Assembly: GCA_014360685.1 (NCBI GenBank)
Contig: JACIXB010000006.1
Span: forward strand, 31,078 to 95,077
DNA length: 64,000 bases
Direction: 5' to 3'
Origin: Actinomycetota bacterium
Lineage (GTDB): Bacteria > Actinomycetota > Geothermincolia > Geothermincolales > RBG-13-55-18
Every line of letters begins with the position of its first letter. The stretch's first letter is position 1. Below are positions 37,689 through 47,506 of this stretch, in pieces. A program made the position numbers and the translations under genes. Under the pieces are notes generated by a model, which searched no databases, was not told the origin of the DNA, and saw nothing but the letters and a program-made list of their open reading frames with translations.

Positions 37689-38717
37689 TCAGAAGAGGGT
37701 CTCCCCGCGTCGGCAATCCAGTCCCAGGTGGCGGTAGGCGTGCTCGGTGGCCACCCGTCCCCGTGGGGTACGCTGCATGAAACCTATCTGCATGAGGTAG
37801 GGCTCGTAGACCTCCTCCAAGGTGTCGATCTCCTCGCCCACGGAAACGGCCAGGGTGTTGACCCCCACCGGTCCACCGCTGAACTTCTCGATGATGGTGG
37901 TGAGGATGAGCTTGTCCACCTTGTCCAGGCCCATCTCGTCCACCTCGAAGAGAGCCAGGGCCCTGCGACTCACTTCGTAGGTGATGCTTCCCTCCGCCCT
38001 CACCTGGGCATAATCCCTCACCCTCCGCAGCAGACGGTTGGCGATGCGCGGGGTGCCCCGGGAACGCCGGGCCAGCTCGAAAGCCCCCTCCTCGTCGATC
38101 TCCACCTCCAGGATACGCGCCGAGCGCAGGACTATGGCCTTCAGCTCCTCCACGTCGTAATAGTCCAGGCGACAATGCACCCCGAAACGGTCGCGCAGGG
38201 GGGAGGTGAGCAGGCCGGCCCGTGTGGTGGCTCCCACCAGGGTGAACGGGGGCAGGTCCAGGCGTATGGAGCGCGCCGCGGGACCCTTGCCGATGATGAT
38301 GTCCAGCTGGAAATCCTCCATGGCCGGGTAGAGGACTTCTTCCACGGCGCGGTTGAGGCGGTGGATCTCGTCGATGAACAGGACGTCTCCCGGCTCCAGG
38401 TTGGTGAGGATGGAGGCCAGGTCCCCGGCCCGCTCCAAAGCCGGCCCGGAGGTCTGGCGGAAGGAGACCCCCATCTCGTTGGCGATGATCCCTGCCAGGG
38501 TGGTCTTCCCCAGCCCCGGAGGACCCGATAGGAGGACGTGGTCCAAGGGTTCCTTTCTCTCCCGGGCGGCACGGATGAAGATCTCCAGGTGTTCGCGTAT
38601 GCGGTCTTGGCCCACGAACTCGCTTATCCGGCGCGGCCGGAGGGTAAGATCCAGTTCCCGCTCGTCCTCCCGAGGCTCGGGATTCAGGAGGCGTTCCTCA
38701 CCGGGGTCCGTTCCCAT
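37689..38717 (-). CDS. ruvB: Holliday junction branch migration ATPase RuvB
   Basis: [12 protein letters not shown] and Walker [10 protein letters not shown]. The ATG at 38717 follows a GGAGGA SD. The maximal ORF starts with GTG at 38750. Confidence 0.95.
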   Translation of the reverse strand: MGTDPGEERLLNPEPREDERELDLTLRPRRISEFVGQDRIREHLEIFIRAARERKEPLDHVLLSGPPGLGKTTLAGIIANEMGVSFRQTSGPALERAGDLASILTNLEPGDVLFIDEIHRLNRAVEEVLYPAMEDFQLDIIIGKGPAARSIRLDLPPFTLVGATTRAGLLTSPLRDRFGVHCRLDYYDVEELKAIVLRSARILEVEIDEEGAFELARRSRGTPRIANRLLRRVRDYAQVRAEGSITYEVSRRALALFEVDEMGLDKVDKLILTTIIEKFSGGPVGVNTLAVSVGEEIDTLEEVYEPYLMQIGFMQRTPRGRVATEHAYRHLGLDCRRGETLF

Positions 38718-39357
38718 TCCTTCATCCTCCACGCGAGCCACTTCCTTCACATCCCGACCGAGTTCATCCAGCGAAGTTATTTTTTCATTGACCCATCGTC
38801 ACTATTAACTTAAACCACTCTACCGACAGGCCCCTCCCCCGTCCAGTTGATCACCCTTTTATCGCGGTCCCTCATTATCCGTCCCCGGGTCGCTCCGACT
38901 CACATCGCAACAGACCCCGACGGGGTACCCTTCGCCTTTTCCTCCCCTCTCCGCCCTTCTCGGCCCTCTCCATGCCCTTCATTCTACTTCGATCTTTCCG
39001 CTCGCCCCTCCCCGTACTCGCTTTTCCCGGCATATTCTCGCCTTTGGCCCCGTATTCCTACTACGTGTCTACGCCGCTCGATCCCCACTTCGGTCGGGTT
39101 TCCTGAGGTTTCCCATCCCTCGTCTTGCCACCACAACCATGGGGTTCCTATCTTCCCCGTCGCTTCTTCTACTCGGTCCCTTCCGCTTCCCCGTTCCGCA
39201 TTCCTCAGCCATAGATCGCTTCGTCGTGCCCGCCCCGCTTTTTACATCCCGCTTTCCCCGGCCTTGCTGCAATCGATCCCGCTGCTCCCGCCCCCGGGCA
39301 TTCATTCCCCCGGCCTCCTTCCTCCATGCCAGCGTCAGCCGGACGAGAAGACCCCCC

Positions 39358-39957
39358 TCAACCTCCCTGTCCTCCCAGCCGGCGCAGGGCGTACCTGATC
39401 ATGTCCTCCAGCCGGGGATCCTCGGAACGGTATCCCTCCAGGGCTCTACTGGCCTCAGTGGGAGTGTAGCCCAGCCCTTTTAACGCCTCCCGGGCTTCCT
39501 TCAACAGGTCCCCTCCTCCCTGGCCGCCTGAAACGGCGGCCAGGTCCCCGGCCAGCGGGGCCAAGCGGTCCTTCAGCTCCAGGATTATGCGCTGGCCGCT
39601 TTTTTTCCCTACCCCGGAGACGGCGGTGAGCGCATCCAGGTCCCCGGCGGCCACCAGGCGTACCAGGGTATCGGGGTCATACGCGGACAAAAGGGCCATG
39701 GCCGCCCGGGGGCCGATGCCGGTAACCCCTAAGAGCTGGAGGAAGAGCTGCCTCTCCCGGCGGTCGCGGAAGCCGAAGAGCTGCAGCATATCCTCCTTGA
39801 CGTAAAGGTAACCGTACAGGCGGACCTTCTTTCCCGCCGGGGGAAGTCCTTTTAGGGTGTTGGCGGAAACATGCATGGCGAACCCTATTCCTCCCACGCC
39901 TACCACGACGTGGTCCTCCGCCTTCTCCACCAGGTCCCCTTCCACGAAATCGATCAT
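39358..39957 (-). CDS. ruvA: Holliday junction DNA helicase RuvA
   Basis: 199 aa. MIDFVEGDLV OB-fold N-terminus and HhH motifs (LLGVTGIGPRAA, VSGVGKKSGQRI). Confidence 0.9.
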   Translation of the reverse strand: MIDFVEGDLVEKAEDHVVVGVGGIGFAMHVSANTLKGLPPAGKKVRLYGYLYVKEDMLQLFGFRDRRERQLFLQLLGVTGIGPRAAMALLSAYDPDTLVRLVAAGDLDALTAVSGVGKKSGQRIILELKDRLAPLAGDLAAVSGGQGGGDLLKEAREALKGLGYTPTEASRALEGYRSEDPRLEDMIRYALRRLGGQGG

Positions 39958-40172
39958 CTTCCCTCCCCCGGGCCTTTATCCATATTTCTTCGCCCCACCG
40001 GCCTCGACCTGCTCCCGACCCGCACCCCCACCGCGAGGGGTCCCTGAAGGAGAATAACCGAGTGGGTTTACCTGGAAGATGATTCCTGCAACAGTCACCC
40101 CCGCCCGAACCAGGGCCGCACGGCCACCAGCTCCTTGGCCGCCGGTCGGGCGGTAAGGGCGGGGATGTCCGC

Positions 40173-40739
40173 CTAGGGAGGAACAACCGGCGATGTTCCC
40201 CGCTTCCCACCCCCGTTCCGCCCCACCTCGCCTCCCTCCCCGGCGAGTTTCCGTACCCGCTTTTCCAGCTTTTCGCGGTGGGCGTGGCAGATGGCCAGGG
40301 CCAGGGCATCGCTGGCGTGGGAGGAACCTACCTCCCCCTCCAAACGGAGCAGGGACCTTACCATGTACTCCACCTGCCGCTTTTCCGCCCGTCCGTTCCC
40401 CACCAGGGCCTGCTTGACCTGCAGTGGAGTATATTCCTCCACCGTCACCCCGCAGTGGGCGGCGGCCAGGATGATGCCGCCCCGGGCCTCCCCCACCACC
40501 ATGGCGCTGCGGGCGTTGGTGTTGAAGAACAGCTCCTCGACCACCACCAGGTCGGGCCGGTATTCCGCGATGAGCTCCTTCACCCGGCGGTAGATCTCGT
40601 CCAAGCGTGCGGTGAGGTCGTCCGCGGAGGAAGTGGTAATGGCCCCGAAACCCAGGGCCCTGAGCCGGTTGCCCTTTTTCTCGATGACCCCGTATCCCGT
40701 TGAGGTGAGGCCGGGGTCTATGCCCATGATAATCATCAA
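40173..40739 (-). CDS. ruvC: Crossover junction endodeoxyribonuclease RuvC
   Basis: IMGIDPGLTSTGYGVI and DASDALALAICH motifs, with a Gly/Arg-rich C-terminal tail. Confidence 0.9.
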   Translation of the reverse strand: MMIIMGIDPGLTSTGYGVIEKKGNRLRALGFGAITTSSADDLTARLDEIYRRVKELIAEYRPDLVVVEELFFNTNARSAMVVGEARGGIILAAAHCGVTVEEYTPLQVKQALVGNGRAEKRQVEYMVRSLLRLEGEVGSSHASDALALAICHAHREKLEKRVRKLAGEGGEVGRNGGGKRGTSPVVPP

Positions 40740-40747
40740 CGGCCGGC

Positions 40748-41503
40748 CTATTCCTCGGCTAGCTCCGCCAGGATGTCGTCCGGGATGTCGAAGTTGGCGT
40801 AGACTTCCTGCACGTCCTCGTAATCCTCCAGGGCGTCCACCAGCTTGAGTACCTTCTTGGCCGACTCCTTGTCCAGCTTCACGGTGGTCTTGGGGAGCAT
40901 GGTCACCTGGGCGGAGGCTATCTCCACCCCGGCCTTCTCCAGCGCCTCCACCACCCCCCGGAAGGACTCGGGGTCGGTGATGATCTCGTAGTGATCGTCC
41001 TCGGTGTTCATGTCCTCCGCCCCCGCCTCCAGGGCGGTCTCCAAAAGGGCGTCCTCGTCCACGCCGCTGTCCTTGTTGACGATGATGTTGCCCTTTTTCT
41101 CGAACATCCAGGCCACGCAGCCGGTGGTCCCGAGGCTCCCGCCGGTGCGGCTGAAAATGCGGCGGATGTCCGAGGCGGCACGGTTGCGGTTGTCGGTCAT
41201 CACGTCCACCATGATGGCCACCCCGTTGGCGCCGTAGCCCTCGTAGGTTATCTTCTCGAACTCCTCCGCGGATCCCTCCCCGGTGCCCCGCTTGATGGCC
41301 CGCTCGATGTTCTCCTTGGGCATGGAGTAGCTCTTGGCTTTCTCTATGGCGTTGGCCAGGGCGATGTTGGTCTCCGGGTTCCCCCCTCCCTCCCGGGCGG
41401 CCACGATGATGGCCCGCGAGAGCTTGCTGAAGATCTGCCCCCGCTTGGCGTCCTCCGCCGCTTTCTTATGCTTGATGGTCGACCACTTGGAATGTCCGGA
41501 CAT
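40748..41503 (-). CDS. yebC: YebC/PmpR family DNA-binding transcriptional regulator
   Basis: MSGHSKWSTIKHKKAAEDAKRG signature. 251 aa. Confidence 0.9.
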   Translation of the reverse strand: MSGHSKWSTIKHKKAAEDAKRGQIFSKLSRAIIVAAREGGGNPETNIALANAIEKAKSYSMPKENIERAIKRGTGEGSAEEFEKITYEGYGANGVAIMVDVMTDNRNRAASDIRRIFSRTGGSLGTTGCVAWMFEKKGNIIVNKDSGVDEDALLETALEAGAEDMNTEDDHYEIITDPESFRGVVEALEKAGVEIASAQVTMLPKTTVKLDKESAKKVLKLVDALEDYEDVQEVYANFDIPDDILAELAEE

Positions 41504-41527
41504 CTCCTCCTCCTAATCGCCGCATCC

Positions 41528-42124
41528 TCAACCCGCCACCCTCTCCTCCACCAGGCGGAGGAAATAGCGGTGTATCCTGTCATCACCGGTAAGCTCGGGA
41601 TGGAAGGCGGAAACCAGCATGTGTCCCTGGACAGCCAGCACCGCCCGGCCGTCGAACTCTGCCAGCACCTTCACCCCGGGCCCCACGGACTCGATCCACG
41701 GGGCGCGGATGAAAACAGCCCGAAAGGGCTTTTCCGCCTCCTCTATCTCGCGGACCACGAGGTCGGTCTCGAAACTGTCCACTTGCCTCCCGTAGGCGTT
41801 GCGCCGCACGGTGATGTCCATGACGCCCAACAGGGGTTGGTCGCCTTCCACCAGGCGCCGGGCCATCATGATCATCCCCGCGCAGGTCCCGTAGATGGGC
41901 ATGCCCTCCGCGACCAGGGACCTTATCTCCTCCAGGAAACCGTAGGTGGTCATGAGCCGGCCCATGGTGGTGCTCTCGCCACCCGGTATGATCAAGCCCT
42001 GGCAGAGATGGAGCTCGGGGGGGTATTTGACCGGGATCCCTCGAGCTCCGCACCTCTCGACCATCTGGAGATGTTCGCGCACCGCCCCTTGCAGGGCCAG
42101 AACGCCCAAGGTCGGCTTCTTCAT
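41528..42124 (-). CDS. pdxT: Pyridoxal 5'-phosphate synthase glutaminase subunit
   Basis: LGVLALQGAV, GGESTT, GTCAGMI and FHPE motifs. The ATG at 42124 gives 198 aa. The maximal ORF starts at 42217. Confidence 0.9.
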   Translation of the reverse strand: MKKPTLGVLALQGAVREHLQMVERCGARGIPVKYPPELHLCQGLIIPGGESTTMGRLMTTYGFLEEIRSLVAEGMPIYGTCAGMIMMARRLVEGDQPLLGVMDITVRRNAYGRQVDSFETDLVVREIEEAEKPFRAVFIRAPWIESVGPGVKVLAEFDGRAVLAVQGHMLVSAFHPELTGDDRIHRYFLRLVEERVAG

Positions 42125-42364
42125 CGGTTCCACCGTTCTTCCCTCGTTCGTACCTTGTTTCGATGACCGTCTTCCCGCGCCGCTATCTTTACGGGAGGTT
42201 GATCTCCCGTCCCTCACCGCTGGGGTTTGCCTCTCAACCGTACCGTCATCCGGCGACGAGAGCGATTTTTCCTCTCGCGGCGGGAGGAGAAGCCATGGCC
42301 CCTATCACCCCGCCCCCCTCCCCACGCCCTGGGAAAGCACGCCGCGGCGCAGCCGCGATCTACC

Positions 42365-43249
42365 CTACCAGCCGCGGAACTGGATGAGGTTTTCCCGCCC
42401 GATCTCGGAGATCTCCTTGCCCGTCATGGCCTTACCCAGGCCCCTGGAGACCTCGGCCAGTATCTTGGAGTCGTTGTAATGGGTGGTGGCCAGGACGATG
42501 GCCCTGGCCCGCGCCGCCGGGTCCTCGGATTTGAAGATCCCCGAACCCACGAAGACGCCGTCCGCCCCCAGCTGCATCATGAGGGCGGCATCGGCGGGGG
42601 TGGCGATGCCGCCGGCGGAGAAGTTGACCACCGGCAGCCGCCCGTTCTCCGCCACCCAGCAGACCAGGTCATAGGGAGCGCCCATCTCCTTGGCCACGGA
42701 CATGAGTTCCTCCTTGGGGGTGACGGTGAGGCGCCTTATCTCCTCGTTGATGGTGCGCATGTGCCGCACCGCCTCCACCACGTTGCCCGTGCCCGCCTCT
42801 CCCTTGGTGCGGATCATGGCCGCCCCCTCGCCTATGCGCCGCAGGGCCTCCCCCAGGTTGATGGCCCCGCACACGAAGGGCACGGTGAACTGCCACTTGT
42901 CGATGTGATGCTTCTCGTCGGCGGGGGTGAGCACCTCGCTCTCGTCGATGTAATCCACGCCCAGGGCCTCCAGGATCTGGGCCTCCACGAAATGGCCTAT
43001 GCGCACCTTGGCCATCACCGGGATGGTCACCGCCTCCATGATGGCCTCGATAACGCTGGGGTCGGCCATGCGGGCCACCCCACCCGCGGCGCGGATGTCC
43101 GCCGGTACCCTCTCCAGGGCCATCACCGCCACCGCCCCGGCCTCCTCGGCGATCCTGGCCTGTTCCGGGGTGGTGACGTCCATGATCACCCCGCCCTTGA
43201 GCATCTCCGCCAGGCCGGTCTTCACGCGCAAAGTACCTTTTTCCACCAT
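42365..43249 (-). CDS. pdxS: Pyridoxal 5'-phosphate synthase lyase subunit
   Basis: LKGGVIMDV and [30 protein letters not shown] motifs. The ATG at 43249 gives 294 aa. The maximal ORF starts at 43303. Confidence 0.95.
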   Translation of the reverse strand: MVEKGTLRVKTGLAEMLKGGVIMDVTTPEQARIAEEAGAVAVMALERVPADIRAAGGVARMADPSVIEAIMEAVTIPVMAKVRIGHFVEAQILEALGVDYIDESEVLTPADEKHHIDKWQFTVPFVCGAINLGEALRRIGEGAAMIRTKGEAGTGNVVEAVRHMRTINEEIRRLTVTPKEELMSVAKEMGAPYDLVCWVAENGRLPVVNFSAGGIATPADAALMMQLGADGVFVGSGIFKSEDPAARARAIVLATTHYNDSKILAEVSRGLGKAMTGKEISEIGRENLIQFRGW

Positions 43250-43311
43250 CTCACGGGTCCCTCCAGACCAGACGTAAAGTGAAGAGCCCCTCCTCGGGCC
43301 CACTCAATTTA

Positions 43312-43340
43312 AATATAAACCATGCGCGACCTTAACATAA
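43312..43340 (-). promoter_or_regulatory. Candidate promoter for pdxS-pdxT (TTATGT-17 nt-TATATT)
   Basis: An A/T-rich island lies between the lipoprotein gene stop and pdxS. On the minus strand, -10 is at 43317-43312 and -35 at 43340-43335. Confidence 0.25.
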
Positions 43341-43391
43341 AGAAGGCAGCGGTGAATGCCCCCGCCGGCCTGCGGTCCTCCACGCCCATCT

Positions 43392-44117
43392 TCACATGCC
43401 GTGGATGTCCACGATGACCCGTAGGGGATGGGTGGCGTACATGAGCCGGTGCGGGCGCGAGCTAATCCCGGGGTGGGCAGGGCTATAACTGCATCTCACC
43501 AGGAAATAGATGCTTTCTGTATCCGCCGTGGGCATCCTTTCCATGGTCTTTACCACGGGATGCCCCAGGCTCACCGGCACCGCTTCCGCGGCAAAGGTGG
43601 GGTCTTCCAATTGGTAGACAAGGATGTCGTCCAGGTGGATCAATAGGTTCCAGTACTCTTCATGGCCCGGCAAACCCATGTAATCGGTGTGGACGTTGGG
43701 AACCCGGGTGGGCTCACTGCCGTCCGCCTTGCGGAACTCGAAGACGATGCGAAAATACTCGCCATAGTCCGCCCAGTAGATATCGGTCACCCTGAGATCT
43801 GCGTTGACGGTGCCCGACCCGATCCTCTGACTCTCCAGGCTGAACTGCGTGGAGCCTCCCGTGACCGGCTCTTCCTCCGTCTCCACCTCCCCGGCTGTCT
43901 CCCGCCCAGCCTCGGTCTCCTGTTCGGCAACCTCTTCCCTGGTGGCCTCAATGACCTCCGCCTCTTCTTCCCGCCCGCCACGCTCCGCCCCGCCGCAACC
44001 CATGCTGTTGAAGGCGGTGGCCAGGAGAAAAGCGGTCGCCAGGACCAGCAAGGCGGTTTTTACCGGCGATCCCTCCTTTCTCAACGCAGGAATCATACTT
44101 TCTCCGCCTCCTTTCAT
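43392..44117 (-). CDS. Putative secreted protein or lipoprotein of unknown function
   Basis: 241 aa. Signal-like N-terminus (KTALLVLATAFLLATAFNSMGC), an acidic linker and a beta-rich C-terminal domain ending PLRVIVDIHGM. Confidence 0.5.
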   Translation of the reverse strand: MKGGGESMIPALRKEGSPVKTALLVLATAFLLATAFNSMGCGGAERGGREEEAEVIEATREEVAEQETEAGRETAGEVETEEEPVTGGSTQFSLESQRIGSGTVNADLRVTDIYWADYGEYFRIVFEFRKADGSEPTRVPNVHTDYMGLPGHEEYWNLLIHLDDILVYQLEDPTFAAEAVPVSLGHPVVKTMERMPTADTESIYFLVRCSYSPAHPGISSRPHRLMYATHPLRVIVDIHGM

Positions 44118-44245
44118 CTTCCCCCTTACTCGGTTTCGACTATCCCGGCTGCCTGCTTTACTCCGCGGTCAGGCGCAGGTTTCCTGCGCGGGTGCAGTGG
44201 TGGTCAGTATAGGACACGCTTCTTGCCTAAGGCGGGGCAAGTCCG

Positions 44246-45560
44246 TTGTTGCCGGATCCGCCCCCGCTTGGAGGTCTCTCCTCCATGGATAATACTTTCG
44301 GCTCCCAATTTCTGCTTTCTTCGCCGTCCGTCCCTTTAAAACCTGCTTTGAGAGAGCATATCGGGATCAAAGCCGGGCATCCGCCCCCCATGGAACAGGC
44401 CAAGGTTCCCTGCCCCCCGGTCCGTATCCAACCCGGTCCCTGCATTACCGGGGCACGAGGTAGGGAACGGCGGTGGGGGTCACCGGGGCCGCCCTATCCT
44501 CCATCAGGTTCTCAACCGCGATGGCGGTCAAGGAAATCGATATCCTGCCGCTTGGCCAAGCGTGCACCGTTGAAGAACCAGATAATGCGGGATCCGTGAG
44601 AGGTGAAAATATGCTCCTTCCGGGTGAGGGTTATCCCGTGCTCCACGCCGTCACCCTCCAGGAGGCGCACATGTTCCCGTGGGCTGCGGGCGCAGCCGGT
44701 CCATCCGACAGCCAGCGGGGAAAAGGTGGGAATCGGGCGGTGAAGTGCGTATATGCGGGTGCAGGTCTCTTATCCCCGACGTGGTTAACGATTTCATGAA
44801 GGAACAGGTTCGTTGGGGGGTATCCAGGCGACTATCCTTGGCCGCGGAATATCTCCCCCACCTGCGGGATGTCCTGGACTCAAGGGCCTGAGGAAGGTTG
44901 AGATCTCCTCCACGGAGACGGCCGACCTGCTTACCCGTAACGCCACCGCCTTCGAGCTTCTGGGTATCCGCCTCATGCCCCCCGCGAGCCGGCCACGTTC
45001 CTCAAATACCGGGCAGCCCTCCGGGGCACCCTGCGCGGAGTGAGAGGCCGCGGGGACTGCCGGATCTCATGGGCCTAGTACTGCTATCTCGCCCCCCAGC
45101 AGGCGGCCCTGTACAAGAGGTTCGTGGACCGTGCCCTGGAGGAGGTGGAGCAAAACAGTGGGACCAAGCGCAAGGGGCTCATCCTCTCCCTCATTACCCG
45201 GCTCAAGCAGGTCGGCGACCACCCCATGCTGTTCACCGGGCGGGCAAGTCGGAATCCCGGCTCTCGGGAAAATCCCCGCGCGCTCTGGAACTCCTTAACT
45301 CTTGTAAGACCCGACATCGGAATGACACGGATTGCAAGCGCCATCATCCTCAAGCCGGGAAATACCGCATGGCAGAAACCCGCAGGCCCCGTGTCGCATG
45401 GGTCCAGCCGCCCGGGAAGCAAGGGTTGTTCCGGTTTCTACCTCACGTTCCGGGTGCAAGGACCCATGCCTCGAGCGGCCACTCCCAACCGCTCACCTTT
45501 ACGGGCACCGGGGGGCGAGCGAAGTTGACTTCTATAGTAGAATAAACGACAAATCAGGAG
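44246..45560 (+). pseudogene. Heavily eroded SNF2-family helicase (fossil gene with multiple frameshifts, stops and deletions)
   Basis: Recognisable motifs occur in collinear order but in different plus-strand frames. GGLSSMDNTFGSQ resembles motif I GGILADDMGLGKT. AVTLQEAHMF at 44659-44670 resembles motif II DEAH. Then LLTRNATAFELLG, QQAALYKRFVDRALEEVEQNSGTKRKGLILSLITRLKQVGDHPML, SGKSPRALELL, SKGCSGFYLTF (resembles SLKAGGxGLNLT) and YGHRGASEVDFYSRI (resembles motif VI YRIGQxxxVxVYRLI). Confidence 0.5.
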
Positions 45561-45688
45561 AGGGAGCGCATAAGAACAGCACGGACGTAGGCCGCGGTAT
45601 TGAAAAGGAGATCACAAGCCGGGACGATTCGTCGCCACAGTCGGCGGTTATCGGATAAGTCTCGAGGGCCGGATAAAGAGGTGCGAGG

Positions 45689-46264
45689 GTGCTCATCTTC
45701 ATCGGTACGGTGGTGACCCTTCTCTCCTGGGGCATCTACACCAGCGTCCGGGAAAGGAATCTTCTCTTTTTCCGCCGCCTGGGCGGGATGCTCCACCACA
45801 CTCTTTTCAAGGGCAACAAGACCGTATCCGCACTGTTGTGGACCACCGTGGGCTGCAGCGTCTTTCTCAGCAACGTGCTGGGGGCCAGGGACATCAACCT
45901 GACCATCTTCAACCCCCTCTCCCATTTCCTCTTCGGATACCTTTCCCGGGAGCTCCTTTGCCTTTCCAACGAGTATTATCCCTACCTGGACAGGCTGGCG
46001 GAGAGGTTGCCGCGAAGGATGGGGAAGCATGTCAACCCCACCACGATAGCTTTCATGTTGTGCATGGGAAACGGCATCCAGGAAGAGGTGCAGAAGTTGA
46101 TACCCAAGCTGAAAACGCTGGTCTGGACCAATCTGCGCGATCAGCTCACGGACGCCGTTATGGACACCGGGGGCATACTCTTCTCCGCCGGCAGAAACCG
46201 ATTCCTCAAGACGAGAAGCAAGGATATGCCCGACGTGGAACGGGAAATCCGGGAGAGCACCTGA
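45689..46264 (+). CDS. Hypothetical polytopic membrane protein, possibly VanZ-like
   Basis: This is the only convincing plus-strand ORF (191 aa). GTG start preceded by an AAAGAGGTG SD. Amino-acid composition is ordinary and the DNA is visibly more A/T-rich than its surroundings. NPLSHFLFGYL and EEVQ...DAVMDTGGILFSAG loosely fit the VanZ pattern. Confidence 0.4.
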   Translation: MLIFIGTVVTLLSWGIYTSVRERNLLFFRRLGGMLHHTLFKGNKTVSALLWTTVGCSVFLSNVLGARDINLTIFNPLSHFLFGYLSRELLCLSNEYYPYLDRLAERLPRRMGKHVNPTTIAFMLCMGNGIQEEVQKLIPKLKTLVWTNLRDQLTDAVMDTGGILFSAGRNRFLKTRSKDMPDVEREIREST

Positions 46265-46352
46265 GAACCGCTGATCTCCTTCCCGTATAGGTAGGGAAAT
46301 TTCTTGGCCGGGAGATGCGCTTCAGCCATCTCCGGCCCCAAACGGCCTCCTC

Positions 46353-46465
46353 GGTTACTTCCATCGGCGACACGGCGGCCGCTCTGAAACTTCGATGCCG
46401 GTATTTGCGTGCGCTCCCCGGCAACCGGGTTACTTCCATCGGCCACGCGGCAGCCGCTCCAATAC
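46353..46465. repeat. Two 38-nt direct repeats (46353-46390, 46428-46465; 32/38 identical) separated by 37 nt; CRISPR-like geometry
   Basis: Copy 1 is GGTTACTTCCATCGGCGACACGGCGGCCGCTCTGAAAC and copy 2 is GGTTACTTCCATCGGCCACGCGGCAGCCGCTCCAATAC. Copy 1 ends in GAAAC. There is no third copy at the expected period and no cas genes. Confidence 0.5.
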
Positions 46466-47506
46466 CGATATCCCCCTCCCGCCCGCGCGGCGATCGCCCG
46501 TACCTTTGACTGTGAAACGGCCGCAGCGGACCCTTGTTTACGTGGCGCCCAAGAATGGATGGCCCAAGGCCGACTATTTTTTCATCCACGGAACAAGGAT
46601 TCTCCCGGAAGCGCAAGGGGTTCATCCTCCCCTCCTCCTACCCCCCGGGCGACCCCGGATACAGGCCGAAAAAGTCCGGGTTTCCACTTTGTTTAGGGAT
46701 ACAAGGCCGGCCCTCCGTAGGGGTGTTTTCATTGCGTCCACAGGTCGAGTTCGCGGCGGAAGCGGGAGAAATTCAAAATCCCTGAACTCTCGGCCCACCG
46801 TCTCGAGGCCCGCTCCCAGGGGACGAGCCAGGTGGAACCAAGTTTCGAACACCGCCTCCTGGTAAAACCTTATCGTCCGGTCATACCCGAAGGACAGGCG
46901 GGCGGTGGTCATCGGGAACTCGCGGAGGGCCGTTCTCCCTTCCCGTTCCAGCGAGGGCACGGATCTCAGTTTAATTCCATCCCCGGCATTCGAGCGACCC
47001 CGTTCTCAAGGATGGGGACTCTCCTTCACGGAATCTTTGAAGGAATGCCCACACCTTGGCCGTCCGGGCCCTTTTCCGGTGGACGCCGGATCCACTCAGC
47101 ACCCACACCACCTCATCCGGACATGGGACATCGGCCGAAAAAGCGCTTGGCCGATCGGCCACCTTCCTCCGGATCGGAAGCTTCGAGGCCGCGTGAGACC
47201 TCCATCCGCATGGGACATATCGGATAACGAAAGACCCTGAGCTTGCTCCCCCACCAAGATCGCTCATTGATCAATGGAAAGGTAACGGCTCCGGCATTGC
47301 AGGCCTTCTTGTTTCCCCCATGCCTCGGCCGGATAATCCATGGTCTTTTATTCCCTGGGCGCACCCACTTTATGGAATCCTCGAGGGGATCCCACAGGCC
47401 CTCGTCTTATCCCGCCTTTTAAGTCTTCCTCCAGGTATCCACCATCACCCCCGCATGCCTCAGGCCGCCGGCTCGCACCATCGGTGCCCTAATCGATCCT
47501 CTCGCC

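Noticed and set aside
44480-44760. A minus-strand peptide (…WTGCARSPREHVRLLEGDGVEHGITLTRKEHIFTSHGSRIIWFFNG…) that looked protein-like.
   Set aside because: It has no start and is flanked by stops. The plus-strand reading of the same DNA gives SNF2 motif II in register with the other helicase motifs, so the plus-strand pseudogene interpretation is preferred.
46353-46540. A full CRISPR array call.
   Set aside because: There are only two repeat copies. The sequence at the expected third position (46503-46540) is unrelated. There are no cas genes and no leader. It is kept as a repeat and a hypothesis only.
46622-47267. Possible IS630-like transposase fragments on the minus strand (VWVLSGSGVHRK...KVWAFLQRF and FYQEAVFETW).
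   Set aside because: The putative C-terminal piece lies upstream of the putative N-terminal piece, which is the wrong order. The matches are only a few residues and no inverted repeats were seen.
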